Assembly (NCBI GenBank): GCA_032718475.1
Contig: JAUCBJ010008604.1
Coordinates: 15,438-79,437, forward strand
Direction of reading: 5' to 3'
DNA length: 64,000 nucleotides
Source: Nemertoderma westbladi
Taxonomy: Eukaryota > Animalia > Xenacoelomorpha
Of the stretch, positions 35,764 through 47,476 are shown piece after piece. The notes under the pieces are model-generated. The model had not been told where the DNA came from, ran no database searches, and saw only the letters and a list, made by a program, of their open reading frames with translations. The position numbers and the translations under genes were made by a program. How positions within the stretch are numbered: the first letter of the stretch is position 1; the number at the start of each line of letters is the position of its first letter.

Positions 35764-36277
35764 GGGAAGGGAGGAGGTTACAGAGGCGGTGTTTTCTAAC
35801 CAAAACAATATAAGAAACATTTTTTCATGTGCGACAAATTTGCGCTTCAGAATATTTTTTCACTTGCGACCAGCTTGCGCCACCCCATTCTCATTCTAAG
35901 AAATTGAATATATATAATGATAAAATATATCTACATACATAGTTACAGAATACGAGGATTTAATTAAAAATTTATAAATGAACAACATATTCCTTGACAT
36001 AAGAAATAATTCTCAAACGAGGTGTTTCACAATCTCAGTAGTGACCGATAATAAAAACCAAGCACCACCCTACAGGCGCTACGAATGATAATTGCCGGCC
36101 ATATTGCCATCGTAGGGCTGATCAACATGTGTATGATTTTGTTCTATAACCACCAGGTTGATAGATTAAACGTGTAGATGGTGGGGGGCTTAAGGCACAA
36201 TCAAAATTCATACCTTTTTTGTGTTTAGTTTATTGTTTTTGGTAGAATAAAGTGCCACTGTAACATATTCCTTTCCC
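35764..36277. mobile_element. MITE with ~55-bp TIRs at a TTAA site (Kolobok-like)
   Basis: ttaa-gggaaggg...gttacag...ttctaaccaaaacaat at the left, with the inverted attgtttttggtagaa...ctgtaac...ctttccc-taaa at the right. Solo ends of this family at ~11770, 37505, 40735, 42692 and 43550. Confidence 0.55.
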
Positions 36278-36592
36278 TAAATTTATAATTTAACATTGAG
36301 ACTAGACCACCCCCCCCCCCCCCCACATACGTGATGATTAACCTCAACCAATGACATTGTTCCTGAAACGATTTCTAAAACGCAATATATACCGGTAGTC
36401 TTGGTAATGCAGATGTATTATGGAATTATATGGTTAGGCCGATGTGTATGTATGTAAGTACTGTAGGTATGTGTGTACCCATTCGTATACGACGATCCTT
36501 AGCTAAGCTTACATTATAATCTAAATTACTTACGGTAAATGAAGTCTTCTACCTGATACTATTAGTATCACAACCGACGTTACGTTTCTTAC

Positions 36593-36761
36593 CTGAGACA
36601 AAGTTAGTCCCGACATTAACGAATGGAAACCAAACAAGTTGCCTAGCTCATTTAACAGCTGACCAGCAACCAGTATGAAATGGTTTAGAAGACGTGCCTT
36701 CTCGTGTGTTGAGCCCGAGTATAGAATAAGGGTAGCCACAAACAGTTTCATACTGTGGTAT
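36593..36761 (-). CDS. BCAR3: BCAR3/SH2D3C exon (GEF-like domain)
   Basis: TTTCAG|A...YHSMKLFVATLIL...ELGNLFGFHSLMSGLTLSQ|GTAAGA. Phases fit both neighbouring exons. Confidence 0.88.
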
Positions 36762-37676
36762 CTGAAACACAAAACCTGATTAATCCACCTCGTGTTGTCG
36801 CAAATACTTGATATTTTGTTGCAAAGTAAATATTCTATAATTCCATACAAGTAGAACTGGGTGTATAAGTGGTGTTTATTCGTCTGGTCTCCAAATGGGA
36901 AGGGTATGTAGGTACGCTTTATACGATTGTTGTGACCTTCAGCACAGCACACTAACAAGTAACAATAATGTAAGACTCCACCTACAGTATATCGTGTTTG
37001 ATAACTTGTGGCATGTAATAATACCTGATTACTAATAGCAATTAATATTAAATCTACTTTTATAAGGTTTACTATATTTTACATATTATTATGATTGTAC
37101 ATATCTGGTCTCATATTAATAATAATTATTATTCAGTACCGGTAATAATAAGAAATTTACAATTATTGTCTTTTTGCGACGATTATAGTTAATCTGTTTG
37201 GATTTTCATGAAATATATTATATTTGCGATATAAAATTAAATACTCTCTCCTCTCTACTACAATTCCACAATTAAGCACAATCAATTACTACAATTACGT
37301 ACTCTGAGTTCCCCTCTCTACTACAATCCCAGCTGACCCACGGAATTTAAAGCACCGCGCGCTGTAATCTTATAAGATTCTAGAATACAAGACTTGAAGT
37401 AAACAAACAGATAAAATCCTCCTACAGAGACAGGGGGATACAGTACTTGACGCAAATCCCAAATTGGGGAATTAATATATCCTCTCATTGTTAAATTATA
37501 AATTTAGAGAAATAAGTGAGTTACAATGGCGCGTTATTCTAACCAAAACAATAAACGCAAATCAATAGAACATTTTACAGTTTTATTACCGTGAGTAATC
37601 ACCGTAATTTTTCGCTAATATTCCCCTGAAGATTGTCACCCCCACCTACATAGTCGGTAATATAATAATATTCTAC

Positions 37677-37789
37677 CTTTCAAGGAGATCCTCTCGAATG
37701 GCTCGACCCGAAGGTATTTGTAGCAAATGAAACCCGGTGGAAAGTCCCAGAGAAACCAGTTGACTTGGAAGGTCATTCATATGTAATAA
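37677..37789 (-). CDS. BCAR3: BCAR3/SH2D3C exon (GEF-like domain)
   Basis: TTTCAG|LLHMND...LGLSTGFHLLQIPSGRAIREDLLER|GT, compared with the family motif [24 protein letters not shown]. Confidence 0.88.
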
Positions 37790-38063
37790 CTGAAATATAA
37801 AAAGAGATGAAAAGGTTGGTATGTTAGACATAGACAAACTCTGGACAGTTAGTGACAATCGATACCATTTAAGGATTTACGAATTATACCATGGATTTGT
37901 GTTTGTATGTTATGCATGTAGGTCGGCATTGTTGTACTTTATAGAAATCGACAAAGAATAAATAGCTTTAGGTATAAGGTCAGTGTTTATAAACCAGTGA
38001 TTAGCGCGGTATAGCTACGGTGCCAGTATGTATTAATGTAGAGTAAAGTGTTAGACAACTAAC

Positions 38064-39040
38064 CTTTGCATCTCCGTAAGTTATATGTTTAGCCAAAATC
38101 GAACAATCTGTTTCCAATAGACGACTTCTAACCATCGACATGGCGCCATCTTCCAACGGTTTATTGTATTGACTAATTAATTCTGACTGGAAATTAACAG
38201 GGTTTAATTGCGAAGTGAGACATTCCTCGGTCTGCTGCGATGTCACGGCGTGAGTCAATACATTCGTATCTGCATCCTCTCGGACGTTATTCTGTTCGCT
38301 TTTAACTACAGTAATACAGTCAGAAAATGTCACCGATTTCATATTTTCGGTTTTCTCGTGTTTTTTATTAATTTCTTCCAAACTCTCCATAGACGAGAAT
38401 ACTCTTTCTATTTGCGCATCTTTGTGGGTCTCCGAATAATAGTCCGAGGTCTCGCTCGAGTAACTGCACTCACTCTCCCCCTTAAACACATCGAAGGGAG
38501 CCGCCGCATTGGTGGAATCGGGTGATTGGTTGCTATGCACTGATTGGTTGCAGTCGGTTGAATTACCACTGTCGGATGAGTTACGACTATCTCGATCTGG
38601 AGTTTCGTCAGTAACTGACGTAGAATCGTGTGATTGGCTGATACTATTGGAAGTAGTTCCCTCTGATTGGTTAACATTTTCTGTAAAAGTTCCCCCTGAT
38701 TGGTTAATATTGTCTGTAGTAGTCCCCCCTGATTGGTTTTCTGTATAAGATCCCCCTGATTGGTTAATATTGTCTGTAGTAGTCCCCCCTGATTGGTTTT
38801 CTGTAGAAGTTCCCCCTGATTGTTTAATATTGTCTGTGGTAGTTCCTCCAGATTGGTTAACATTATTTGTAATTGTTACCCCTGATTGGCTAACATTGTT
38901 TGTAGTTGCTCCACCTGATTGGCTAACATTGTCTGTAGTTGTACCTGATTGGCTGCCACTACTATCTGCAGTTATCCCATTTGCGGCAGTTGTACTGATG
39001 CATCGTGAGATTTCCTCGGGTGATGGTGTTTTTGTTTGCA
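38064..39040 (-). CDS. BCAR3: BCAR3/SH2D3C exon: S/T/N-rich linker with NQSGGTTTDN repeats, start of GEF-like domain
   Basis: Open frame between TATAG| (39041) and AAG|GTTAGT (38063). Ends KPLEDGAMSMVRSRLLETDCSILAKHITYGDAK. Confidence 0.8.
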
Positions 39041-39353
39041 CTATAATAGAGAATAGGTAGGTATATATACAATAATAAGTTAAAAGTAAAGACTTGGTGA
39101 CAAGAAGGACAATATAAAATTTCCATATAAAAATATGACATGACTTGCTCCTTGACGACGATAGCATGACGGCATGATACATCATTATTTCACAATTCAT
39201 CAGATGTTGTAAATTTCTAAAAAATAACATCATATTAGTATACAACAACAACAACGAAAAGTTTAGATAAACATCGTATTAATCTAAAATGTCTAAATAG
39301 ATACTGTAATAACATACACTATAGACCTAAACTGACGTTGGCTAGCTCCTGAC

Positions 39354-39968
39354 CTGTATTTTTTGAGGGGATTCTTGGCCCAAGAATTGGGTTTGTTGTT
39401 TCGGGAATGGAGTTTGTTGTTGCAATACTCAACGATCCCATCTCTGGTATGACGTCATACGGTTCATAATACGATGGTTGTCTAGCAACGGCAGGATTGC
39501 CCCCCTTAGCCTCGTATATAGTTTGATAGTGTAAGGACCGCCCTTCATAGGCCGCATATTTCCCGGCGGGTAAATCGTAAGTTCCAGAACCCGGTCTGGA
39601 CAGCGGTTTCCTTGGTAACAGAGGCGGGGGAATGTCTACGTTCGAAGTAGACTGCTCCTTGGGAATATACGAATAATTGTGGGAATTCTTTTCCTTACCA
39701 ATAGAGGGCGTATCGTAACTGGCGCCCTCTTTCGGGCCAATCACAGGTCGTGTGTAGCCGTCGTCTGTTGATTGGCTGAGCGAGGAATCCAGTGTAGCTC
39801 GTCTCCGTACACCGAGCTCGAGCCCGTGGGATGTGCCGATGGTTCTACTCTTGTATTTCGAGTTCAAGGAATCCGATTTTTCGATGTTAAACGACGACGA
39901 TTTGCGGAAGGAATTCACGTACAATTCGTTGAGATACGCAACGGGAAGTTTACGATTCACCGGAGTTG
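39354..39968 (-). CDS. BCAR3: BCAR3/SH2D3C exon: end of SH2 region plus Pro/Tyr-rich linker
   Basis: TTTCAG|..TPVNRKLPVAYLNELY (family PINRTVPL..LE..Y), several YDxP-type motifs and PPLLPRK. Donor CAG|GTCAGG (phase 1) chosen to fit the next exon. Confidence 0.8.
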
Positions 39969-41440
39969 CTGAAAATAACAATAATATATGTACAATAGTT
40001 CTGGTACTAACGTTATCAATACCCTGGACAGTGGACAATTGATATTAAATTAACAGCTCTTAATCTGTTAATGTTAATTTTTTCTTTGGAGATTTCAGCA
40101 ATAATTTCTAAATTACCCGGATATTGACAAGGAACGTCTTTCTTGCCTTTTTAAAATATCCAGAAACAAATTCACAAACCAATATTATTGCGCCGGACGC
40201 ACAACTTTAAAAAATAGGGTAATTGTTAAAATTATAAATCCCATATCATTGCTTGGGCATGAGTAATACTGTAAGTGATAGTTGGAAGATTCGCCTTAAA
40301 GAATAGACTATATCATTTACGTAGCGCGTACCATGCCGGATTCAGGCACGATAGACCTACAGTAGTTCCACGAGTCATGTAAATCAGCTGTCTCTATCAT
40401 CAATAATACATATTTCCACCGTTATAATAAGCCCTTAAATGTGAAACTAAGTTTCCCCGGCCGACCCAAGGCTAATTTCGTTAACCTTTTCAAGACCCCT
40501 AGTCAGTTGTGAACTGTGGACCCCTACGCAATATCTTAGTGAACTTTTGATGAAAATTGCTGATTTGGGGCAGTTGTAGCTTGTAGGTGTAGCGAAAAAT
40601 AATCATTCAATTAGGCCTATATACTGCAATGATCTACATTGCAGTAAGCGAATTTACAATGCAATCCTTGGGAAACTCTACGTAAATCCCATCTCGGCGA
40701 ATTATCTCGCCCCAATATTGTTAAATTATCAATTAAGGGAAATGCGCAGGTTACAGTTGCACGTTAAAAAACGATAGACGAAAGTCAATAGAACATGTTA
40801 GTGTTAGTGTTAGGCAATTCCAATGCGACTCATTAATCTTTCTAATTAACCCTCTTCGATATTTCAGCTCTTATTTGAAAATAAATCCTTATATTAACTT
40901 TGATGATCGACAGATATGAAAACAGTTTGCCTTTAAAACAAAGTTAAATAAAATATAACGACGGACATTAGCCAGCCACTATCTGATTTTTATATTCCTA
41001 TTGACTCAATTCTAAATATTCTCCCTAAGCCATTTATCTCTCTCGAAATTTTACCAATAATATTTGAACTTTCAAATCATGAGCATTCTTATCTATTTAC
41101 TAAGTCGTCCGAAGTTTATCACGATAATAACAGATCATACACACCTTAGGTGTGAACTCCTCCCACCTTATACTGTTTATCTGATATGGTAACATAATTA
41201 TATTTGTTGGTGTTTGCGTGAATTGAATAATAGTGAAGTGATGTTTGATACAATCGAATGAAAATGGACATATTGTATGTATGTAACAGTTCTGCTACGG
41301 TTCGAACTAAGTTAACAAATTTTGTAGGGATAACTTAATATAACTTAATTTCATACCAAAGATCATATATATACAATAGTAATTATTGTATTAATAATTA
41401 TGATATTGAATAAGATTTCCATGTCTATTACGTTTATGTG

Positions 41441-41512
41441 AGCTGCTATCGGAATGGATAAAGCGACAGACATTCAACCTGGAGGTCACCAGTTCGATCC
41501 TCGACAACACCG
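41441..41512 (+). mobile_element. tRNA-derived SINE head (degenerate)
   Basis: A-box-like tatcggaatgg and B-box-like agttcgatcc with tRNA-like spacing; no intact cloverleaf. Confidence 0.4.
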
Positions 41513-41743
41513 ACTTTGTTAATTTCCCAACGAAAATACGAAATTACAATAATAGGAAACCACTCATTCCGGCAAAATACAAATAATAAAGTAAAATTCG
41601 GGGCCTTGAATGATAAGTCTTGCCCAAGGCAGACAAGAGACAACACTAAAAACTGATGAAATAACATAGACCTGAAGTCAGTTAGAAACTGAAACTTATT
41701 TATAACCGCTAATGTTTGTTTTAAAGAATGAGACTATACTAAC

Positions 41744-41985
41744 CTATAGTAGCAAGATTCCTCGAAGATAAAGGAGTTTTACTTCCCACATGAAAGTTTA
41801 CCAGAGCAGCAACAGTATCGAAACAATCGCCTTCAATCTTGTATTGTGGTCTGTTTTCTGGCCCATTGGAGCGGGTGTTAGATTTGTGAATGACGTAGTG
41901 GAGGATATCAATGTTGTGGAGACAAGTTAGAACGTAAGAGCCGAGTTGGGAGGAACAATCCCGAACTAGGAAATCACCTGACTTC
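41744..41985 (-). CDS. BCAR3: BCAR3/SH2D3C exon: SH2 core
   Basis: GDFLVRDCSSQLGSYVLTC...QYKIEGDCFDTVAALVNFHVG, with AG/GT boundaries in matching phase. Confidence 0.92.
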
Positions 41986-42437
41986 CTAAAGTTTATAAAG
42001 ATATATTTATTACAATAATTTATAATGAAATTATACTTTTTGATAATGTATAATAAGGAACAAAATATTACTATTAGGCCCTACAAATAAATATTATTTT
42101 AATTACCCATTGTTAGCTCAAAATAAACATCCAAGTTTATGGCTCATTAGGTGACCCCTGGGGATTCGATATACTGAACCGGACTTGCACTTGCTATCAA
42201 ATTTTTGCAATTAGTAAGATACATCATGTAGGAAGTGACAGCTTTATGGCATAACGCCTCTCTCCACATTTAATTAGTAGCAGTAAATTATATAGCAGTT
42301 AATGGTTGAATCAGTTTAATTAAGGCCACTTCATCCATGGTTGAGTAGCACTCACAAGTGCTGATACATAGGTTCTCAGCTGCAAAGCAAGGTTTAATCA
42401 CTGCGATCATTATTTATTCAGATACAAAACCACTCAC

Positions 42438-42592
42438 TTCATAGACAATTCAGCTTGTTGCCTTGGCAACGGTCCGTGGTACCAGGCGTGGCTACGGAGG
42501 TCGTAATTGGGTAATTTCAATTCGAATTCCAACTGTTTTTTCTGAGTTTCCGATACGGTGGTCTCGGCGGTGACAAACCCAGGAAGGGCCCT
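42438..42592 (-). CDS. BCAR3: BCAR3/SH2D3C exon: start of SH2
   Basis: KKQLEFELKLPNYDLRSHAWYHGPLPRQ; DLRSHAWYHG is the NSP-family signature. TTTCAG acceptor, GTGAGT donor. Confidence 0.93.
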
Positions 42593-45500
42593 CTGAAAGA
42601 AAAATACATAAACAGATATTTTAAAATTGTTTTTAAATGTATGTTTTTAGGTCTAGTAGTATACGATAATATCTTACCCTTACGTAAAAATTAAGGGAAA
42701 TGCGCGGGTTGCAGTGGCGGTGTTTTCCAACCAAAACAATAAACTAACTTTCACAATTTCACTTGCGACTAACTTGCACCATTATCTGTGTTATATTATA
42801 ATAATGCTGTATTCCCGGTTGTCAGCAGTTGGACTGAATAAATTGCCTACGATTTGAATTCATCCCTGCATTTCTTTCAAATACTGCACTCACAATGAAT
42901 ATTGATCGTCGTGAAATTGAAATAGCTCTTTGATCTAAGTGGCGGTAAGATAACGAAAGGGCGGAAATTGTTAACCAGCTATCTGCACATACCTAGTAAC
43001 CTACTGGTCCAAACACAAACAACAATGAATCTCTTTACTCGGGGATATTATCAATTCTCAAATGCCATTGAATTGAGCCCGAAATTATTATCTTCCATCT
43101 ATCAGCCACAAGACAGGACAGGCTGACAGGCTGACCCGGCATGGTATATACTAACCGGGATACCATTAGTTGACCCTTCTGCCCATAATAATTTCACGTA
43201 TCATCAGGGTTCTATGGATTTTTGTCGATAAATTATTTTATAGACGAGATATTCACAGAGGCTGCAGGCTTGTTTTTAACATTAATGAAGTTAAACGTTA
43301 GGATCACCAATTTTACTAAATCAATTCATTAAGATGAGGTCACTTCTTAAAATTAAAATCCATAATGAATGACAAAGTAAAACACCACAAACGCACCCAC
43401 GAGCGCCCTATACATCCCCATTCCAGTATCCGCACCACAAACACACACACGGACACCCACAACACTACAGACATATACGTATCTATCTGAGTGTGCTTAG
43501 TTTAGAGGGCTTAAATATGTTATTCACCTTTAATTGAATTTAAAACATTAAAGGAAATGAGCAGGTTGCAGTGGAGGCGTTTTCTAACCAAAACAATAAA
43601 CGAAACTATATTATTTTGTTTGCGTTCAATTTTCGCCTATCTGCCATACCACCCCGGCCTAGCTAGCTTCGTAACACACTCCAAATAAAATTGATGTAAA
43701 GCCTAACGTAGTAACTACTGTAATGCATTCATTATACTTCCTCTTGAACAAATATGTATTAATTAGTAACAATATTATTATAAACACTAACATTTCGCGG
43801 AACACCATATAACAAAGAAAACGCTTTAGTTGCTGATGAAACACTGAAACATCCACAGTTCACTGCCATAATCCGTAAATCTACACTATTAGAAAATACT
43901 CCTGCCTCACTAATTACTCAAAACTTTATTAAGTGACAACGAAATAAAAAAACATGTGGCCATTATGTATCAGTGTCCTTCAATAAAACTGTAAGATTAA
44001 CGGAAACAATGAGTCATACATAATCCTTCCCCAAGGTCTGCTGCATGTGTGATGTGTGACAACTACACCAGAAGACATCCCATCAAAAAGCTTATGCGAA
44101 GAATATAATTAGTTGAAGCTGAAGGAAACTGGTATGTAGCAATTATAGTGGCAATAAAATGGACTTACAAAGTTGAGCTCATTTCAATACAGCAGTAGTG
44201 TTTACTGCTTCTCAAAGTACAACGACCAGAACCAGAAATATCAATGAGAACACCACAGGTGTTACTGGTTAATAAGCAAATTAATCCCATAACGTCTATA
44301 CCCCTAAGATAGGTTGGGGGATTAGGAAGTGGCGTTGGAATATGAATAATATTATAGCCAATTGGAAGAGACATTGGCAGACAGTAGTAGTGGGGATAAT
44401 GAGAAATCAGTTGTTCGGTCGTCGGTATTTCATTATTAAAATTAAGGCGCCGGGCCGCCAAGATGTCGTAATCGTAACAGCTTTTGCAAATTGTAATATA
44501 TTTCGTATCACGAATATGTTTATTTTGTTGCTAGGCAAACGTAAATTGTAAGTAGTGGATGGGACTCTTAAAAATCAACGAAATACCTTAAAATTATGAA
44601 TAAAAATAAAACCACACGCGCACACGGTGCTAGATTGTATCTCGTTTATTGTGTTGGTTAGAATATCTTGCCAATCAGGGAGGACATGTAAGTATTTAAG
44701 GTCTTAAAAATTCAAATTAATTTAAATCGATTCAAATTATTCAATTTGAGAGATTCTTTCAAAAATATTACATTTTTTTAAACAAAAAAGATCAAGTTGT
44801 ATACAATAACAATAACACACTAAAAAAGTGCGATTTGTTGTGTTGTGTTCTCATCCAGTATCTATTTTCACCAGGTTCAAAAGTCCAAATCCCGTTCCGT
44901 CACCATCTTGAATTGGATATACACGACAATAATTCGTTTTATAAACCTATAAATTCTTGACAGAATAATAATTAAAACTGGCCGAATTTCATGACATCTG
45001 AAACCAAAGAACCAAAGAAACTCGAGTTATTGCCTATTGGTGTCGTGATGAAAAAGCTGAACGCTACGCGCTAATCCGTACTGAAGGATATACAGACTGA
45101 GTTGCACGCACTACTACGTTTAAAACGTCGGTTACTGCCATTTGTAATTTTATGGAATTACCATCATAACATATCAGACGCTCCTACCTGATGCTGATGC
45201 AGAACGTCAGGCAAGCAAGCACTTAATGACACCCAACCCCGCCCACTCAACAAGAGACCGACGCTGTATCTAAATCTATCATTGATTGCCAATTACATAA
45301 TGTGGCTGGTCCTGGTATCCGAGCGTGCTGATGCTGATACCCCCCACGCATTTACATGCGGATGTAGTCCGAGGTGGTACTCATGAGGGGAGATAACCTT
45401 CCGGTTTGTTCATAATAAGGCCAATTAAAGGCAGTTCCTGTAGATTTATAACCTAATTCACATAAATGATGAAATGACTTACAGAAATGACTTGTCATTA

Positions 45501-46224
45501 CAAAGGCGATTGCAAACAAAACAGAAGCGCCAACGAGCTCATATTAAACTTGTACTATCTTTTTTATGTGGTATATATAAATGTAAGAGATGGAAAAAGA
45601 TCAAAGCATAATTTCATGAGAAGCTCAGTATCTTTCGCTGTAAACATTATGAATAATATTGTCGATTACTGAGGGAGGTTAAGGTTGTTATTGGGAATCT
45701 GGGAAATCCAATCTAAGTGCATTCTGCGATCGGGCGTGGCCCAAGTGTGGAGCCTATGTTTATACCAGGCTGCCTCAGGAATGCTATACCGATAGAGACA
45801 ATGACGACTTTGATACACATATAATATCGACAGTAAAAGCAATAATGACGGTAGTGGACGGCGCACCTGCGTTTATAGTCAAAGTTCAATATGTCAAACC
45901 TCTACCTATGGTGACTCACAAACTAATACAGCCACTCAAAGAACACCTGCGTGTGACATCAGTATGATCTGTAAAAAATTCATTCTCAGTCAAATACGGC
46001 GACACATCACATCATACACATCACAAATCAATGATTAGCTGATAGATGTGTAGAGATACAAACAAGTAAGATATGATGTCCCATTGTGATTGAGAAATCC
46101 GCTGCAACTCAGTGGGTGTCAGGATTTCACTTCTTATAAGTCCTACTGCACCAAGGAAACACGGAAGGAAGGTCACATAATGATCAAATCAACGATGTTA
46201 AGTTTAGTCGCAAGCCAAATTATC

Positions 46225-47476
46225 GGTGTGCGGACACTTCCCCCCCCCCCCCCGGACACTTCCCCCCGTTCAAGTAGGACACTTTCCCCCCGGACACTTC
46301 CCCCCCGGACAGTTCCCCCCGCTCAAGTAGGACACTTCCCCCCCGGACACTTCCCCCCCAGACACCCCCCCCGGACACTTCCCCCCCCGACTGTTCTTAA
46401 CTTCGCACATTCTTATTTTTCAATTTGTAAGGTAAACGGACTGCTTGTACCCAGACAAGTTGTATCCAATTTTCCTTTCTTAGCTCAGAAAGTGATCTTT
46501 TGCATCCCGATTTTACATTTTATATCCAAGTTTTATTTGTGGATTTTATCAATGCAATTACATCGTATTGTTTTCTAATCTTTAAACAATTAATTAGATG
46601 ACCTATAAATTTCATCCCCCGAATGATATACAGTTTTTATTAACTATAGAATTATAATAATTAATTGTTTTAATTATAGTTATTATTAGTCTTCTTTAAA
46701 TTGTAGCAGATGGGTATGAATATTATTGTTGCAATCAAAATTATACCTCTCCAGGGTAAAATCGAGATGCATGCATCGACCTTTATTCTGTGCAATACAT
46801 ATTGATAAATTAATTAAATTTCCTGGTTACTTGCAATATTTTTAATAGGATTTTGTTGAATTATATAATATTGTAGTAATTTATATATTAATTTGGTTAA
46901 CATTCATTACAGCTCCTACTTTAGGCTTAGTCAATTTATTATCTGATGTTACAAACATGAATTGATTATTTCAAAATGGTCTCAAAGTCTGTCACCACGG
47001 GCACACAGGGAATGCCGGGGTTTGGGGACGGCAGCCCCCAACCAAATAAGCGGGGGTTTGGTGGCGGCAACCCCCAACTAAAGAAGCGGGGGCTTGGGGG
47101 CGGCAGCCCCCAACCTAAGAAGCGGGGATTTGGGGGCGGCAGGCCCCAATTAAAAGAAAAACAAATAAAATTTGACTATAAAAATGTTTCTTTTATAAAT
47201 TTGAAAAAACTTGACTAGATACAACTTGCCCTGTAACCATCTTTAACTTTTGTTTATTGCTTTGGTGCACCCAGATTAATTTTAACACTTTAACTGGGGG
47301 GGAAGTGTCCAGGGGGGAAGTGGCCGGGGGGGAAGTGTCCGGGGGGGAAGAGTCCTACTTGGGCGGGGGGAAGTGTCCGGGGGGAAAGTGTCCGGGGGGA
47401 ACTGTCCGGGGCGGAAGTGTCCGGGGGGAAAGTGTCCGGGGGGGGGAACTGTCCGGGGGGGAAGTGTCCTAAATCC
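46225..47476. mobile_element. Mutator-like foldback MITE with (CGGACACTTCCCCCC)n arms
   Basis: Left arm 46225-46390 is inverted with right arm 47295-47476. Direct repeat (CC)AAATTATC flanks it (46215/17-46224, 47475/77-47484; 8-10 bp). Internal ~36-bp repeat gcgggggtttggggg..gcagccccca at 47015-47150. Confidence 0.8.

Noticed and set aside
44250-44520. Possible LINE endonuclease remnant (GSGVGI, GRRYFIIKIK)
   Set aside because: Too degenerate and fragmentary to support without a search.
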